A DNA stretch of 64,000 nt from an uncultured Bacteroidales bacterium (GTDB lineage Bacteria; Bacteroidota; Bacteroidia; Bacteroidales; Bacteroidaceae): the NCBI GenBank assembly GCA_902798705.1, contig CADBXS010000004.1, forward strand, positions 1,350 to 65,349, written 5' to 3'. Shown here one piece after another: positions 45,870 to 54,973 of this stretch (positions within the stretch are counted from its first letter, which is position 1; each line of letters starts with the position of its first letter). The translations under genes and the position numbers were made by a program. Under the pieces are notes generated by a model, which was given only the letters and a program-made list of their open reading frames with translations, ran no database searches and was not told the origin of the DNA.

Positions 45870-46560
45870 AAAAATGAAACTCCAAGACTCCTAAACTCCG
45901 TAGAAAAGAACTAAATAGACTAAAATTCATGGGTAATTATATGGTAATTCATGTTTTTATTTTTAACACCAATTGCCACGAATTTATCACGATTTTTTTT
46001 GTCCATTTAGTACATTTCTTTAGGAGGCTATGAAACTCCAAGACTCCTAAACTCCGTAGAAAACAATTAAAAGCGAGTCAACGATAACCATAACGATAAC
46101 TGCCGTCCGGATGGAAAGTTAAGGTTAAGGTTAGGGTTAAGGTTAAAAGTTAATTAGATGGTAATTCATGTTATTATTTTAACACGAACCTTCGACAAAA
46201 GCCAATCGGTCCTTCGATTCTACTAAATCATTTCTTCGATTGTACTAAAACGCTGAGCCTTCGTTATCGTAACGCCGAACCTTCGCTGGTGCAACGCCGA
46301 AGGCTCGCCGATTCGATGCCGAACCTTCGGCAATTCTACGGAGTATAGGAGTTTATTAGCCTCCTAAAGAAATGTACTAAATAGACAAAAAAGAAAATTT
46401 AGTTAATTTGGTCAGTTTCTTTAGGAGATTATTTGTTTTTCTACGGAGGTAAGGAGTATTGGAGTTTCTTTTTTCATTCAACCTTAACCCTAACCTTAAC
46501 CTTAACTTTCCATCCGAACGGCAGTTATCGTTATCGTTATGGTTATCGTTGTTTTCTTCA
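45870..46560. repeat. Composite word-repeat block between cassettes 3 and 4
   Basis: It contains inverted TCTACGGAG words (45876, 46032) and forward ones (46334, 46440). It also holds the ~110-nt unit in the orientation opposite to 43088-43180, the GATAAC/GGTTAA hexamer hairpin element in both orientations (46074-46146 and 46470-46552), and a CGAACCTTCG/GAAGGCTCG block (46180-46330). Confidence 0.8.
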
Positions 46561-46623
46561 TTATTTTTATGGGGTTGATGACTTTTTTTGAGGAAAAGAG
46601 GGACGGGATACAAAAAAATGTTG

Positions 46624-46631
46624 TAACTTTG
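46624..46631 (+). promoter_or_regulatory. Candidate -7 box (TAACTTTG) for cargo 4
   Basis: A TAnnTTTG match ~86 nt upstream of the ATG at 46717. Confidence 0.45.
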
Positions 46632-46716
46632 CAAGGTTTTTCTATTTATAGAAAAGCTTTTGGATCTACTGCTTATTATCTAAAACTAATTTATATTCTT
46701 TAAAAACTTAATTACA

Positions 46717-48807
46717 ATGAAAAAAATTACTCAAAACTTAAGATGGCTCGTCACGCTATTGGCTATGATAGTTTGCACGGGCGCGTGGGCACAAGAAACT
46801 GGTACCATTATCTTTGGTAATAACGGAACAAAGATAACAAAAGCCTCTGTTACAGGTGATGATGATAAAGGTAATACTTGGACCATTACTTCTACTGGTA
46901 CAACTTCTTATACTCAAAATACGAATTATAGTCAAGTTGGAAAATCTACTGAACCAGCCACCAGTATTACTTTTACTACTACGTTAACAGATGATGTGAC
47001 CTTTACTTCTTTTTCCGCAAAGTTCGGAGGTTTCAGTGGAACAGCAGGAACAGTCACTCTGAAAGTCGGTAACACAACTGTAGGTACAGGAAGCTTAAAT
47101 GGCTCGAATGATGTTACTGTTAGTTCAACTACATCGGAGACTGGTAAGGTTCTCACTGTAACTGTGACAGGTATATCAAGAGGCGTGAAGTGCTATTATA
47201 TTTCATATACGTATACTTCTGCTTCTGGAAAGCAGAATTCCCAAATAGCATGGAGCGCAAGTGAGGCTTCTGCCACTATGGGCAACAATTTTAATAATGC
47301 TCCAACGTTGTCCAACCCTTATAATTTACCTGTTACTTACAATTCAAGTGCTCCAACCGTTGCAACTATCGGTAATAATGGTGCAATCACTCTTGTTGGT
47401 GCAGGAACAACTACCATTTCAGCTGTGTTTGTTGGTGACGACACATACGATGCTAAGACTGTTAGCTATACACTGACCGTCAGCAAGCAAGATGTGACAT
47501 TGTCTTTCTCTGAGACATCATTCAATATAGATTTTGATGACAAGGATTCTTTTGAAGAGCCAACTTTAACTGGTGTTCCAGAGGGTTTGACTGTCACTTA
47601 TGCAAGTAATAAAACCAGTGTTGCAACTGTTGATGCTACAACAGGTGACGTGACAATCGTTGGTAAGGGTTCAGCACAAATCACTGCTACTTTTGCTGCC
47701 ACCGATATTTACAATGGTGCAAGCAAAACTTATACTATCAACGTAACAGGAACTTACAAGAAAGCCAATGGGTACTATGCATTAGTAACAGACGCTTCAA
47801 CACTTGCAGAAGGCGATGAAATCATCATTGTTAACACAGACGCTAATGTTGCATTAAGTACAAATCAAAAAACAAACAATCGTGATGAGATTTCTTTAGC
47901 TAATGCTACTTGGAATGCTGAAAATACTCTTGTTGAGATAACAATCAATGAGACAGGTGATAATGTTCAGGCTTTGACCTTGGAAGCTTCAAGCGACAAA
48001 TGGCTTTTCAATACAGGAAATGGTTATCTTTATGCTGCAAGCAGTTCAAATAATTACATGAAAACAGAAGCAACAGCAGATAACAATGCAAAAGCTACTA
48101 TAAGCATTTCAAACGGTAACGCTACAATTACTTTCAAAGGAAGTAATACTCGCAACACCATATTCTATAATTCAAGTAGTAATTTGTTCTCATGCTATGC
48201 CTCTTCAACTACAAATCAGGATCCAGTTCAGATTTACAGGAAGGTAGCAGTTGTTGAAGGAACTCTTGCTGCAGGCAAGTATGCAACCCGCATCTATCCA
48301 TTTGCTCCAAAGACTATCGAAGGTGTTACATTCTATACTTGTATTGGTGTGAACGGTAATGCACTTGCACTTCAACCAATTGACGAACCAGTAGCTAATG
48401 TTCCTTATATCCTCGGAAACGAAACAACGGATGCCATTGACATCACTCAGATGGGTGTTGACATTCACGAAGCAGATACTTACACAGTAGATTTGCTCAC
48501 TGGTACATTCGTAAACATGGACATCACATCTGGTTATGTTCTCCAGACTCAGAACGGTAAGCAGTCGTTCTATAAGGTTGTTGATGCAATCAACGTACCT
48601 CCTTACCGTGCATACCTCGATTACGATGCAGAAATCAAGGCACTCGGATTTGACGATGCAACTGCTATCAACACACTTGAGGTTCTGACCAGCGGTGCAT
48701 ACGAAGGCATCTACAGTGTTGACGGTGTGAAGCTGAACCGCATAGAGAAGGGTGTGAACATCTTGAAGATGGCTGACGGCACCACTCGTAAGGTGATTGT
48801 GAAGTAA
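46717..48807 (+). CDS. Cassette cargo 4: 696-aa secreted modular protein with a T9SS C-terminal domain
   Basis: Signal peptide MKKITQNLRWLVTLLAMIVCTGAWAQ is nearly identical to that of cargo 5. It has two Big_2-like Ig repeats (PVTYNSSAPTVATIGNNGAITLVGAGTTTISA.. and LTVTYASNKTSVATVDATTGDVTIVGKGSAQITA) and a module shared with cargo 5 (YALVTDASTLAEGDEIIIVN..FSCYAS..VQIYRKV). The shared pre-CTD module and CTD follow. Confidence 0.85.
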   Translation: MKKITQNLRWLVTLLAMIVCTGAWAQETGTIIFGNNGTKITKASVTGDDDKGNTWTITSTGTTSYTQNTNYSQVGKSTEPATSITFTTTLTDDVTFTSFSAKFGGFSGTAGTVTLKVGNTTVGTGSLNGSNDVTVSSTTSETGKVLTVTVTGISRGVKCYYISYTYTSASGKQNSQIAWSASEASATMGNNFNNAPTLSNPYNLPVTYNSSAPTVATIGNNGAITLVGAGTTTISAVFVGDDTYDAKTVSYTLTVSKQDVTLSFSETSFNIDFDDKDSFEEPTLTGVPEGLTVTYASNKTSVATVDATTGDVTIVGKGSAQITATFAATDIYNGASKTYTINVTGTYKKANGYYALVTDASTLAEGDEIIIVNTDANVALSTNQKTNNRDEISLANATWNAENTLVEITINETGDNVQALTLEASSDKWLFNTGNGYLYAASSSNNYMKTEATADNNAKATISISNGNATITFKGSNTRNTIFYNSSSNLFSCYASSTTNQDPVQIYRKVAVVEGTLAAGKYATRIYPFAPKTIEGVTFYTCIGVNGNALALQPIDEPVANVPYILGNETTDAIDITQMGVDIHEADTYTVDLLTGTFVNMDITSGYVLQTQNGKQSFYKVVDAINVPPYRAYLDYDAEIKALGFDDATAINTLEVLTSGAYEGIYSVDGVKLNRIEKGVNILKMADGTTRKVIVK

Positions 48808-48841
48808 TCAATTTTAATAACATAAATAACCATTCAGACAA

Positions 48842-49003
48842 ATGAAGAAATCATATTTGATTCCAGAGACCATTGTGAGAGTTCCTTCGCTGACTCTTTG
48901 CCAGCTGAGTACATCGGACACTCCAGCAAACCCTCAGGTGCCTGTAGATAGCAAGGAGCGTCACGAAGAGGAAGAGAAGGGCTTCGGTCAGTACCAGTGG
49001 TAA
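48842..49003 (+). CDS. Conserved cassette small protein, copy 4 (53 aa); not in the ORF track
   Basis: My own translation gives MKKSYLIPETIVRVPSLTLCQLSTSDTPANPQVPVDSKERHEEEEKGFGQYQW, 34 nt after the cargo stop. Confidence 0.75.
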   Translation: MKKSYLIPETIVRVPSLTLCQLSTSDTPANPQVPVDSKERHEEEEKGFGQYQW

Positions 49004-49046
49004 AGTTAAGTGACGTAGTTCTCTTCTACGTTATTCCATAGGTTTG

Positions 49047-49103
49047 GTGGGCAATTCAGAAGAACTGTTTGAAAGTTTTTCACGAATTGCCCACCTTTTT
49101 TTT
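49047..49103 (+). terminator. Terminator (GGTGGGCAATTC ... GAATTGCCCACC + T8)
   Basis: A 12-bp stem with a ~25-nt loop and a T-run. It differs from the terminator of the other four cassettes. Confidence 0.6.
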
Positions 49104-49218
49104 ATGTAGAGTCGGAGTGTTCATTTTTTCGTATGTCACTGATTGCATACGAAAGTGTTGATTTTCATGTCATTTGCAATTTATTTTGAAAAAAGGCGAT
49201 AGGGTTCAAAAAAAATTG

Positions 49219-49226
49219 TATCTTTG
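49219..49226 (+). promoter_or_regulatory. Candidate -7 box (TATCTTTG) for cargo 5
   Basis: A TAnnTTTG match ~67 nt upstream of the ATG. Confidence 0.45.
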
Positions 49227-49292
49227 TGCCGAATATAACACTTTTTGTACGGAGAATCTTTATTTACTATAATCATCAAAACTAAAAACTAA

Positions 49293-52200
49293 ATGACAAT
49301 GAAAAGAATTACGCAAAACCTAAGATGGCTCGTCACGCTATTGGCAATGATAGTTAGCACGGGTGCGTGGGCAGAAGAAACTATTACTTTGTCTGAGCAA
49401 GGCTATACAGATGGAGAGGAAGTTTCTTCAACTGTAGGAACGGACTTTACAATCACTTATAACAAAGGAACATCAACTGCAGCACCTAAATATTATAACA
49501 CAGGTGAAGGTGTACGAGTTTATGCAGGAGGAAATGTAGTGGTTTCTTCAGAGAAAATAATGACAAAAGTAGTTTTCACCTATACAAAAAATAATAGTCC
49601 TACAGTAGAAATTGGAAATAAAACCGTAAGCTCCCCAGCGACATGGGAAGGCTCAGCTAAATCTGTGCAATTAGATGTCAAAACAAAAGGCCACATTCGT
49701 TTGCAGTCGGTAACAGTCACTTTTGAAGATGATGGAGAAGCTACTCTTATAACTATTGCAGAAGCACGCGCTCTAGGAACAGGTTCTGTTTACACTTCGG
49801 GTGTTGTAACCAGCTGCGTTGGAACAAATGCATATATTCAAGATGCTACAGCAGCTATTTGTGTTTATGGTAATGCAAATCTTGTTGTTGGCAATGAAAT
49901 TACTGTTCAAGGAACGCTGACTACTTACAACGGATTACTGGAAATAATGAATCCTACTTGTACGGTGGTTTCCTCTGGCAATTCGATTAGTCCTACAGTA
50001 AAGACAATCGCCGAGATCAACACGGACTATGCAGGAAACAATGAACTCCAAGGTGTGCTTGTGAAAATTGAGAATGCTACTGTGAATGCTAAAGATGGTC
50101 AGAACACTACTATTGCTCAAGGTAATAACACCATTGTTGTTCGTGGTATTTCTTCAAATGTCACCTTTGGTGTGGGTGATGTCATCACTCTTACTGGTAA
50201 TGTGGGATGCTATAATGCTGTTCAAATTGTAAATCCAACAGATGTAGAGGTTAGCCAATTACCTTCCATTACGTTAAGCACAAATGCTATTAATGTATCA
50301 GCAGAGGGAGGAGATGGCACTATAGAAGTGAATCGTAAATATTTCGAGCCAGAATCATTTGAGATTAAATTCTATGAATCAGATGGTACAACAGAAACAG
50401 AAGGTGGTGATTGGCTTTATGTTGAAATCGATGAAAACACTGGCAATATTAATTATATAATTGAAGAAAACGCTGGTGAAGCACGTTCTGCCTATTTCAA
50501 GGTATATGGTATGGATGAAGAAATGAATGAACTCTATTCAGAGTTAATCACTGTCACTCAAGCTGCCTACGTAGCTCCTTCCATTGCTGCCCTTCCATTT
50601 GCATTCGATGGTGGTCGTGCTGACATAGAAGGAACAGATGGCCTCACACAAGAAGGCCTTGATAAAGACTATGCCATTTCTCCTAAGCTGAAATTCGATT
50701 CTACTGGCGACTGGGTGTTGCTTCAATTTGATGAGGCGCCTGGTGACTTGAGCTTTGACATCAAGGGCTATAGCTTTTCTGGTGGTACATTCAAAGTTCA
50801 AACTTCGGTAGATGGTAATACTTACACAGACTTGAAAACTTATACTGATTTAGGTAATACACAATCATCAGAGGTATTCAAAAACTTGAACGAGAATGTT
50901 CGATACATCAAATGGATTTACACAAATAATGTATCTGGCAATGTAGGATTGGGCAATATCAGTCTTACAAAATATGTGGCACCACAGCCTTATACTATGA
51001 CCATCACACCTAATAACAATGCAACTATTAAGGCGTTCTATTATAATGATGTAAATGATTTTATTTGGATTAACAACGGAGATGAAGTACTGTCTAAAAC
51101 AAAGGTGTATATTGCTGTTCATGCTAACAATAACTATGAGGCAAAGAGCGTCACTGTGACCGATGGAAACAATGTAAACGTAACAGTTACCAAGGAGCCA
51201 GTTTATGACGAGAACATAGATCCTGTATGGTCATTTACCATGCCAGAAAGCAATGTGACAGTGTCATGCAAAGTGAAGGAAATTGTAGAATTAAAATTCG
51301 AAAAGGTGACCTCGACAGATGGTCTTTTTGAAGGAGGTGATTATATCATTGTTAATGAGGAGAACTCTAAGGCCATGAGCACTACTCAAAACAGCAATAA
51401 TAGAGGAGCAGCAGAAATAATTTTAGATAATGGCACTGCTACGATTGGTGAAGACACTCAGATATTCACTCTTGAGGGTGGTTCTGATGGTTGGTATTTC
51501 AACACTGGCGATGGATATATATATGCAGCTTCAAAAAGTAGTAATCAGTTGAGAACGAAATCTGAAAAAAACGATGAAGCAAAAGCTGTAATATCGATTG
51601 ATGATGATGGAGATGCAACGATTACATTCCAGAGGGAAGGTCGAAACACAATCATGTTTAACCCTCAAATATTCTCATGCTATGCAAGTAATGCCACAAT
51701 GCAGCCTGTTCAGCTTTACAAAAGGGTGGGACAAAGTCCAATCACTATCGACGAGAATACAACTCTTGCTGTTGGCAAGTATGCAACTCGCATCTATCCA
51801 TTTGCTCCAAAGGCTATAGAAGGCATTACATTCTATTCTTGCAAGGCTGTGAATGGCAATGCTCTCGCTCTCACTCCTGTAACTGAATTGAAAGCCAACA
51901 CTCCTTATATCCTTGGCAACGATGGAGATGGAGCAACTGAGGCTATTAGCATCAAGCAGACAGGTGTTGACAAACACGAGGAAGATACTTACACAGAAGG
52001 TTATCTTACAGGTGTGTTTGCTGCGACGACTGTACCTGAAGGCAGTTATGTTCTCCAGACTCAGAATGAAAAGCAGGCATTCTACAAAGTAGAGGGTGAA
52101 TTTACGATTAACACTCCATACCGTGCATACCTCACTGTGCCTACTGACGTTGCTGGAAATGTGAAGGCATTCTACTTGGGTGTTGACGAAGCAACTGCTA

Positions 52201-52340
52201 TCAACACGCTCGACGTTCTGACCAGCGGTGCATACGAAGGTATCTACAGTGTTGATGGTGTGAAGCTGAACCGCATGGAGAAGGGCGTGAACATCCTGAA
52301 GATGGCTGATGGCACCACTCGCAAGGTCATCGTGAAGTAA
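49293..52340 (+). CDS. Cassette cargo 5: 1015-aa secreted modular protein with a T9SS C-terminal domain
   Basis: The signal peptide is homologous to cargo 4; the start may be the second ATG at 49299 (MKRITQNL). It has an OB-fold-like segment of the kind seen in extracellular nucleases (IAEARALGTGSVYTSGVVTS..VQGTLTTYNGLLEI) and a BACON-like segment (ITLSTNAINVSAEGGDGTIEV). The module shared with cargo 4, the shared pre-CTD module and the CTD follow. Confidence 0.85.
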   Translation: MTMKRITQNLRWLVTLLAMIVSTGAWAEETITLSEQGYTDGEEVSSTVGTDFTITYNKGTSTAAPKYYNTGEGVRVYAGGNVVVSSEKIMTKVVFTYTKNNSPTVEIGNKTVSSPATWEGSAKSVQLDVKTKGHIRLQSVTVTFEDDGEATLITIAEARALGTGSVYTSGVVTSCVGTNAYIQDATAAICVYGNANLVVGNEITVQGTLTTYNGLLEIMNPTCTVVSSGNSISPTVKTIAEINTDYAGNNELQGVLVKIENATVNAKDGQNTTIAQGNNTIVVRGISSNVTFGVGDVITLTGNVGCYNAVQIVNPTDVEVSQLPSITLSTNAINVSAEGGDGTIEVNRKYFEPESFEIKFYESDGTTETEGGDWLYVEIDENTGNINYIIEENAGEARSAYFKVYGMDEEMNELYSELITVTQAAYVAPSIAALPFAFDGGRADIEGTDGLTQEGLDKDYAISPKLKFDSTGDWVLLQFDEAPGDLSFDIKGYSFSGGTFKVQTSVDGNTYTDLKTYTDLGNTQSSEVFKNLNENVRYIKWIYTNNVSGNVGLGNISLTKYVAPQPYTMTITPNNNATIKAFYYNDVNDFIWINNGDEVLSKTKVYIAVHANNNYEAKSVTVTDGNNVNVTVTKEPVYDENIDPVWSFTMPESNVTVSCKVKEIVELKFEKVTSTDGLFEGGDYIIVNEENSKAMSTTQNSNNRGAAEIILDNGTATIGEDTQIFTLEGGSDGWYFNTGDGYIYAASKSSNQLRTKSEKNDEAKAVISIDDDGDATITFQREGRNTIMFNPQIFSCYASNATMQPVQLYKRVGQSPITIDENTTLAVGKYATRIYPFAPKAIEGITFYSCKAVNGNALALTPVTELKANTPYILGNDGDGATEAISIKQTGVDKHEEDTYTEGYLTGVFAATTVPEGSYVLQTQNEKQAFYKVEGEFTINTPYRAYLTVPTDVAGNVKAFYLGVDEATAINTLDVLTSGAYEGIYSVDGVKLNRMEKGVNILKMADGTTRKVIVK

Positions 52341-52374
52341 TCATTTTTTATAACATAAACAACAATTAAGACAA

Positions 52375-52536
52375 ATGAAGAAAGTATATTTGATTCCACA
52401 GACGATTGTGAGAGTTCCTTCGCTGACTCTTTGCCAGCTGAATACATCGGACACTCCTGCAAACCCTCAGGTGCCTGTAGATAGCAAGGAGCGTCACGAA
52501 GAGGACGAGAAGGGCTTCGGTCAGTATCAGTGGTAA
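52375..52536 (+). CDS. Conserved cassette small protein, copy 5 (53 aa); not in the ORF track
   Basis: My own translation gives MKKVYLIPQTIVRVPSLTLCQLNTSDTPANPQVPVDSKERHEEDEKGFGQYQW, 34 nt after the cargo stop. Confidence 0.75.
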   Translation: MKKVYLIPQTIVRVPSLTLCQLNTSDTPANPQVPVDSKERHEEDEKGFGQYQW

Positions 52537-52563
52537 AATTGAGACTCATTATATATAAAAGGT

Positions 52564-52592
52564 GGCAGGGTGCGTAAGTGCCCTGCTATTTT
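52564..52592 (+). terminator. Cassette terminator (GCAGGGTGCGTAAGTGCCCTGC + T-rich tail)
   Basis: The stem-loop is identical to the one at 45784. Confidence 0.7.
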
Positions 52593-52594
52593 AG

Positions 52595-53110
52595 TTAAAA
52601 GTGAAAAGTGAAAAGTGAAAAATTAAAAATGAAAAATTTAAATGAAACTCCAAGACTCCTAAACTCCGTAGAAAAGAACTAAATAGACTAAAATTCATGG
52701 GTAATTATATGGTAATTCATGTTTTTATTTTTATCACCAATTGCCACGAATTTATCACGAATTTTTATCCATTTAGTACATTTGGCTACGCCGAGCTGAA
52801 GGTTCTTTAGGAGGCTATGAAACCCTAATACTCCAAAACTCCGTAGAAAACAATTAAAAGTGAGTCAACGATAACCATAACCATAACGATAACTGCCGTC
52901 TGGATGGAAAGTTAAGGTTAAGGTTAGAGTTAAGGTTGAATGAAGAAAAATGAGGGATAGGATTTGATGTATTGGGGAAGAATGTGTATCTTTGCAGTGC
53001 CTATTTTATGACGAAGACGATAACGATAACGAAGACGATAACGATAACGAAGACGAGGTCTTTTAATTTTTAACTTTTAACTTTTAATTTTTAACTTATC
53101 TATTAGTACC
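52595..53110. repeat. Composite word-repeat block
   Basis: It holds GTGAAAAGTGAAAAGTGAAAA, inverted TCTACGGAG words (52644, 52818), the ~110-nt unit and GGCTACGCCGAGCTGAAGGTTC. It also holds the hexamer hairpin element (52861-52950), an (ACGATA/ACGAAG)n run (53011-53059) and TTAACTTTTAA runs. Confidence 0.8.
52987..52994 (+). promoter_or_regulatory. Candidate -7 box (TATCTTTG) for the 437-aa gene
   Basis: A TAnnTTTG match ~125 nt upstream of the ATG at 53119, embedded in the repeat block. Confidence 0.4.
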
Positions 53111-53118
53111 AGGATAAC

Positions 53119-54432
53119 ATGTATCAGATTGATTTTAAGATTGTGGGACTCCCTTATCATGCTTGGGGAGGCAATGAGTTGGGCGAAAAGGTACGCACAG
53201 CTTTGGGAAAGCGCGTGACGCTGTCGCACGACTGTGATAACGAGAAGAACCCTGAGGCGACGATGGCGATTATCGACACGGAGTTTGTGGGGTATGTGAG
53301 TAATGAACTGTGCCATGTGGTGAGTTCGTATTGTGACAGGTCGGCAACGAAGACGCTGTCGGCTGTGGTGGTCGATTACGACGAGCAGGAAGGGAACTAT
53401 GCGCTATTAGCTCGTACCGACGTGGGGGAAACGATGGATGTGGACGAGGTGCATGAGCACGAGGAAGCACGACGATGGAGTGAGGAATATGGCTGGTTGG
53501 CGATGATGAAGAAGACGGACGAGGAGAAGAGGATGAAAGCATTGGTGGGGGAAATGAAACGAGCCCTGATGGAAGGCAAGGGACTGGAAGGTGAGCAGAA
53601 GACGGTGTTTGATGCCTACTTGCGGGAGTGTCGCTGGTATGTGAGTTGGGAGGCTACTCAGGAACGGGAGGAGTTGCAACGCCTGACGGCAGCGAGTGAG
53701 CATGAGGACATGCGGGAATGGAGTCGGCAGTTGAGTCATGTGATGACGATGATGGGTAATGATGAGCACTTGGCAAAGATTTACGACCGTATGTTTGAGG
53801 AAACGAAGAGAAGTGGAGCGTTCTTGCGTCTATGCCGTATGCACGAGGAACTGAAACTCGGTGCGCTGCGCCAGGCTTTGATGCGCTTTCCTGGATGGAT
53901 GTACCAATACTTTGGGAAGATGGAGAAATGGGAATATGTTTCCACCTTATATTATATGCGTGTGCCTGAGGTGGCTTTGAACCGCTTCGTGACGGGTGTG
54001 CTGATGGAACAGCAACTGAGGGAGTGGACTCAGACGGAAATGATGGAGCGGAACAACGATGTTCGTGAGAGAGATGAGGAAACGGGTGCGACTGACGTGA
54101 AGGAACGTCTGAAGCGGGTGATTGCTCAAATGCGAGAGGAGCAGTGCCTGAGGCATCAGTATGACTATGTGTGGTTGATGGTGGTGATGAACAAGACGGA
54201 GAGACTGCCGCATTTTGATGGATTGCAGTCGTTCACAGACTTCTTGCACGACGACTTGCAACTGGAAGATGCACCTGCCCGCTCGACGATGCACGCGAAG
54301 ATGTATGTGTGTCGTGGTGGCAGCAAGCCTGACGAGTGGTCGTTCTCGGACACGGAGGATGCGAAGGAATGCCATAGGAGGATTAATGTGGCAAAAAGAT
54401 TCTTGAGGCTGTGGAGAGAATCAGGGATTTAA
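53119..54432 (+). CDS. Hypothetical 437-aa protein with an N-terminal HIRAN-like domain
   Basis: FKIVGLPYHAWGG..GKRVTLSHDCDNEKNPEATMAII..FVGYVSNE fits the HIRAN pattern (GxxYY..G..V.L...NxxDxxA..V...G.IGYV). The remaining ~330 aa are helical, rich in E/R/M/W, and unrecognised. Confidence 0.45.
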   Translation: MYQIDFKIVGLPYHAWGGNELGEKVRTALGKRVTLSHDCDNEKNPEATMAIIDTEFVGYVSNELCHVVSSYCDRSATKTLSAVVVDYDEQEGNYALLARTDVGETMDVDEVHEHEEARRWSEEYGWLAMMKKTDEEKRMKALVGEMKRALMEGKGLEGEQKTVFDAYLRECRWYVSWEATQEREELQRLTAASEHEDMREWSRQLSHVMTMMGNDEHLAKIYDRMFEETKRSGAFLRLCRMHEELKLGALRQALMRFPGWMYQYFGKMEKWEYVSTLYYMRVPEVALNRFVTGVLMEQQLREWTQTEMMERNNDVRERDEETGATDVKERLKRVIAQMREEQCLRHQYDYVWLMVVMNKTERLPHFDGLQSFTDFLHDDLQLEDAPARSTMHAKMYVCRGGSKPDEWSFSDTEDAKECHRRINVAKRFLRLWRESGI

Positions 54433-54796
54433 AGGATTTAAAAGGATTTTCTGAAAAGACTCCTATACTCCTATGCTCTGTAGAGTTTTTATCAAGGATT
54501 GAAAGGATTTAAAGGATTTGGGGCGCTTCGCTTGAAATTGTATTTAGAATTATCATTTAGAATTTTAAAAATAATTTTACGTTTCAATTTTAAACTTCAT
54601 AAGGATTTATAAGGATAATATTAAATTAAAAATTAAAAGCGAGTCAACGATAACGATAACCATAACGATAACTGCCATCCGGATGGATAGTTAAGGTTAG
54701 GGTTAAGGTTGAACGAAGAAAAGGGAGTCAACGATAACTGCCATCCGGATGGAAAATTAAGGTTAAGGTTAGCGTTAAGGTTAAGGGGGGGGGGGA
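54420..54796. repeat. Composite word-repeat block ending in a G11 homopolymer
   Basis: It holds inverted AATCCTTTAAATCC words, a degenerate TCTACGGAG word and TTAAAAATTAAAAG. Two hexamer hairpin elements lie at 54639-54786, followed by G x11 at 54785-54795. Confidence 0.8.
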
Positions 54797-54897
54797 AGGA
54801 ATGATAAATTCGACGGGGAGAACGGAAAGTTTTCGACGGAATCGACGGATGGGCCGACAAAAGTGTGTCGGGTGTTGGAGGTGCGGTGGGATGGTGG

Positions 54898-54905
54898 TAA
54901 TTTTG
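54898..54905 (+). promoter_or_regulatory. Candidate -7 box (TAATTTTG)
   Basis: A TAnnTTTG match ~68 nt upstream of the ATG at 54974. Confidence 0.4.
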
Positions 54906-54973
54906 CAACGGTTTTGGAAACGAATGAGCAATGGTGCCCAATTCGTCAACAACCAAAACACGTTAATAATATC

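Noticed and set aside
46110-46146. TTAGGG / GGTTAA hexamer runs resemble telomere repeats.
   Set aside because: They are one arm of the hexamer hairpin element and pair with the (GATAAC)n arm. They occur internally in both orientations, and the context is a bacterial chromosome.
37023-52536. The cassettes could be polymorphic toxin / immunity pairs, with a large secreted protein plus a small downstream ORF.
   Set aside because: The polarity is wrong. The C-terminal ends and the small ORFs are the conserved parts and the N-terminal parts vary. I recognise no toxin domain at the C-terminus, which is a T9SS sorting domain.
53008-53073. The mini-ORF MTKTITITKTITITKTRSFNF lies just downstream of a -7 box. 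It looks like a Thr/Ile attenuator leader peptide (compare thrL).
   Set aside because: It is simply the translation of the (ACGATA/ACGAAG)n hexamer repeat that belongs to the intergenic word family. No thr/ilv biosynthesis genes follow. The downstream gene is a HIRAN-like hypothetical.
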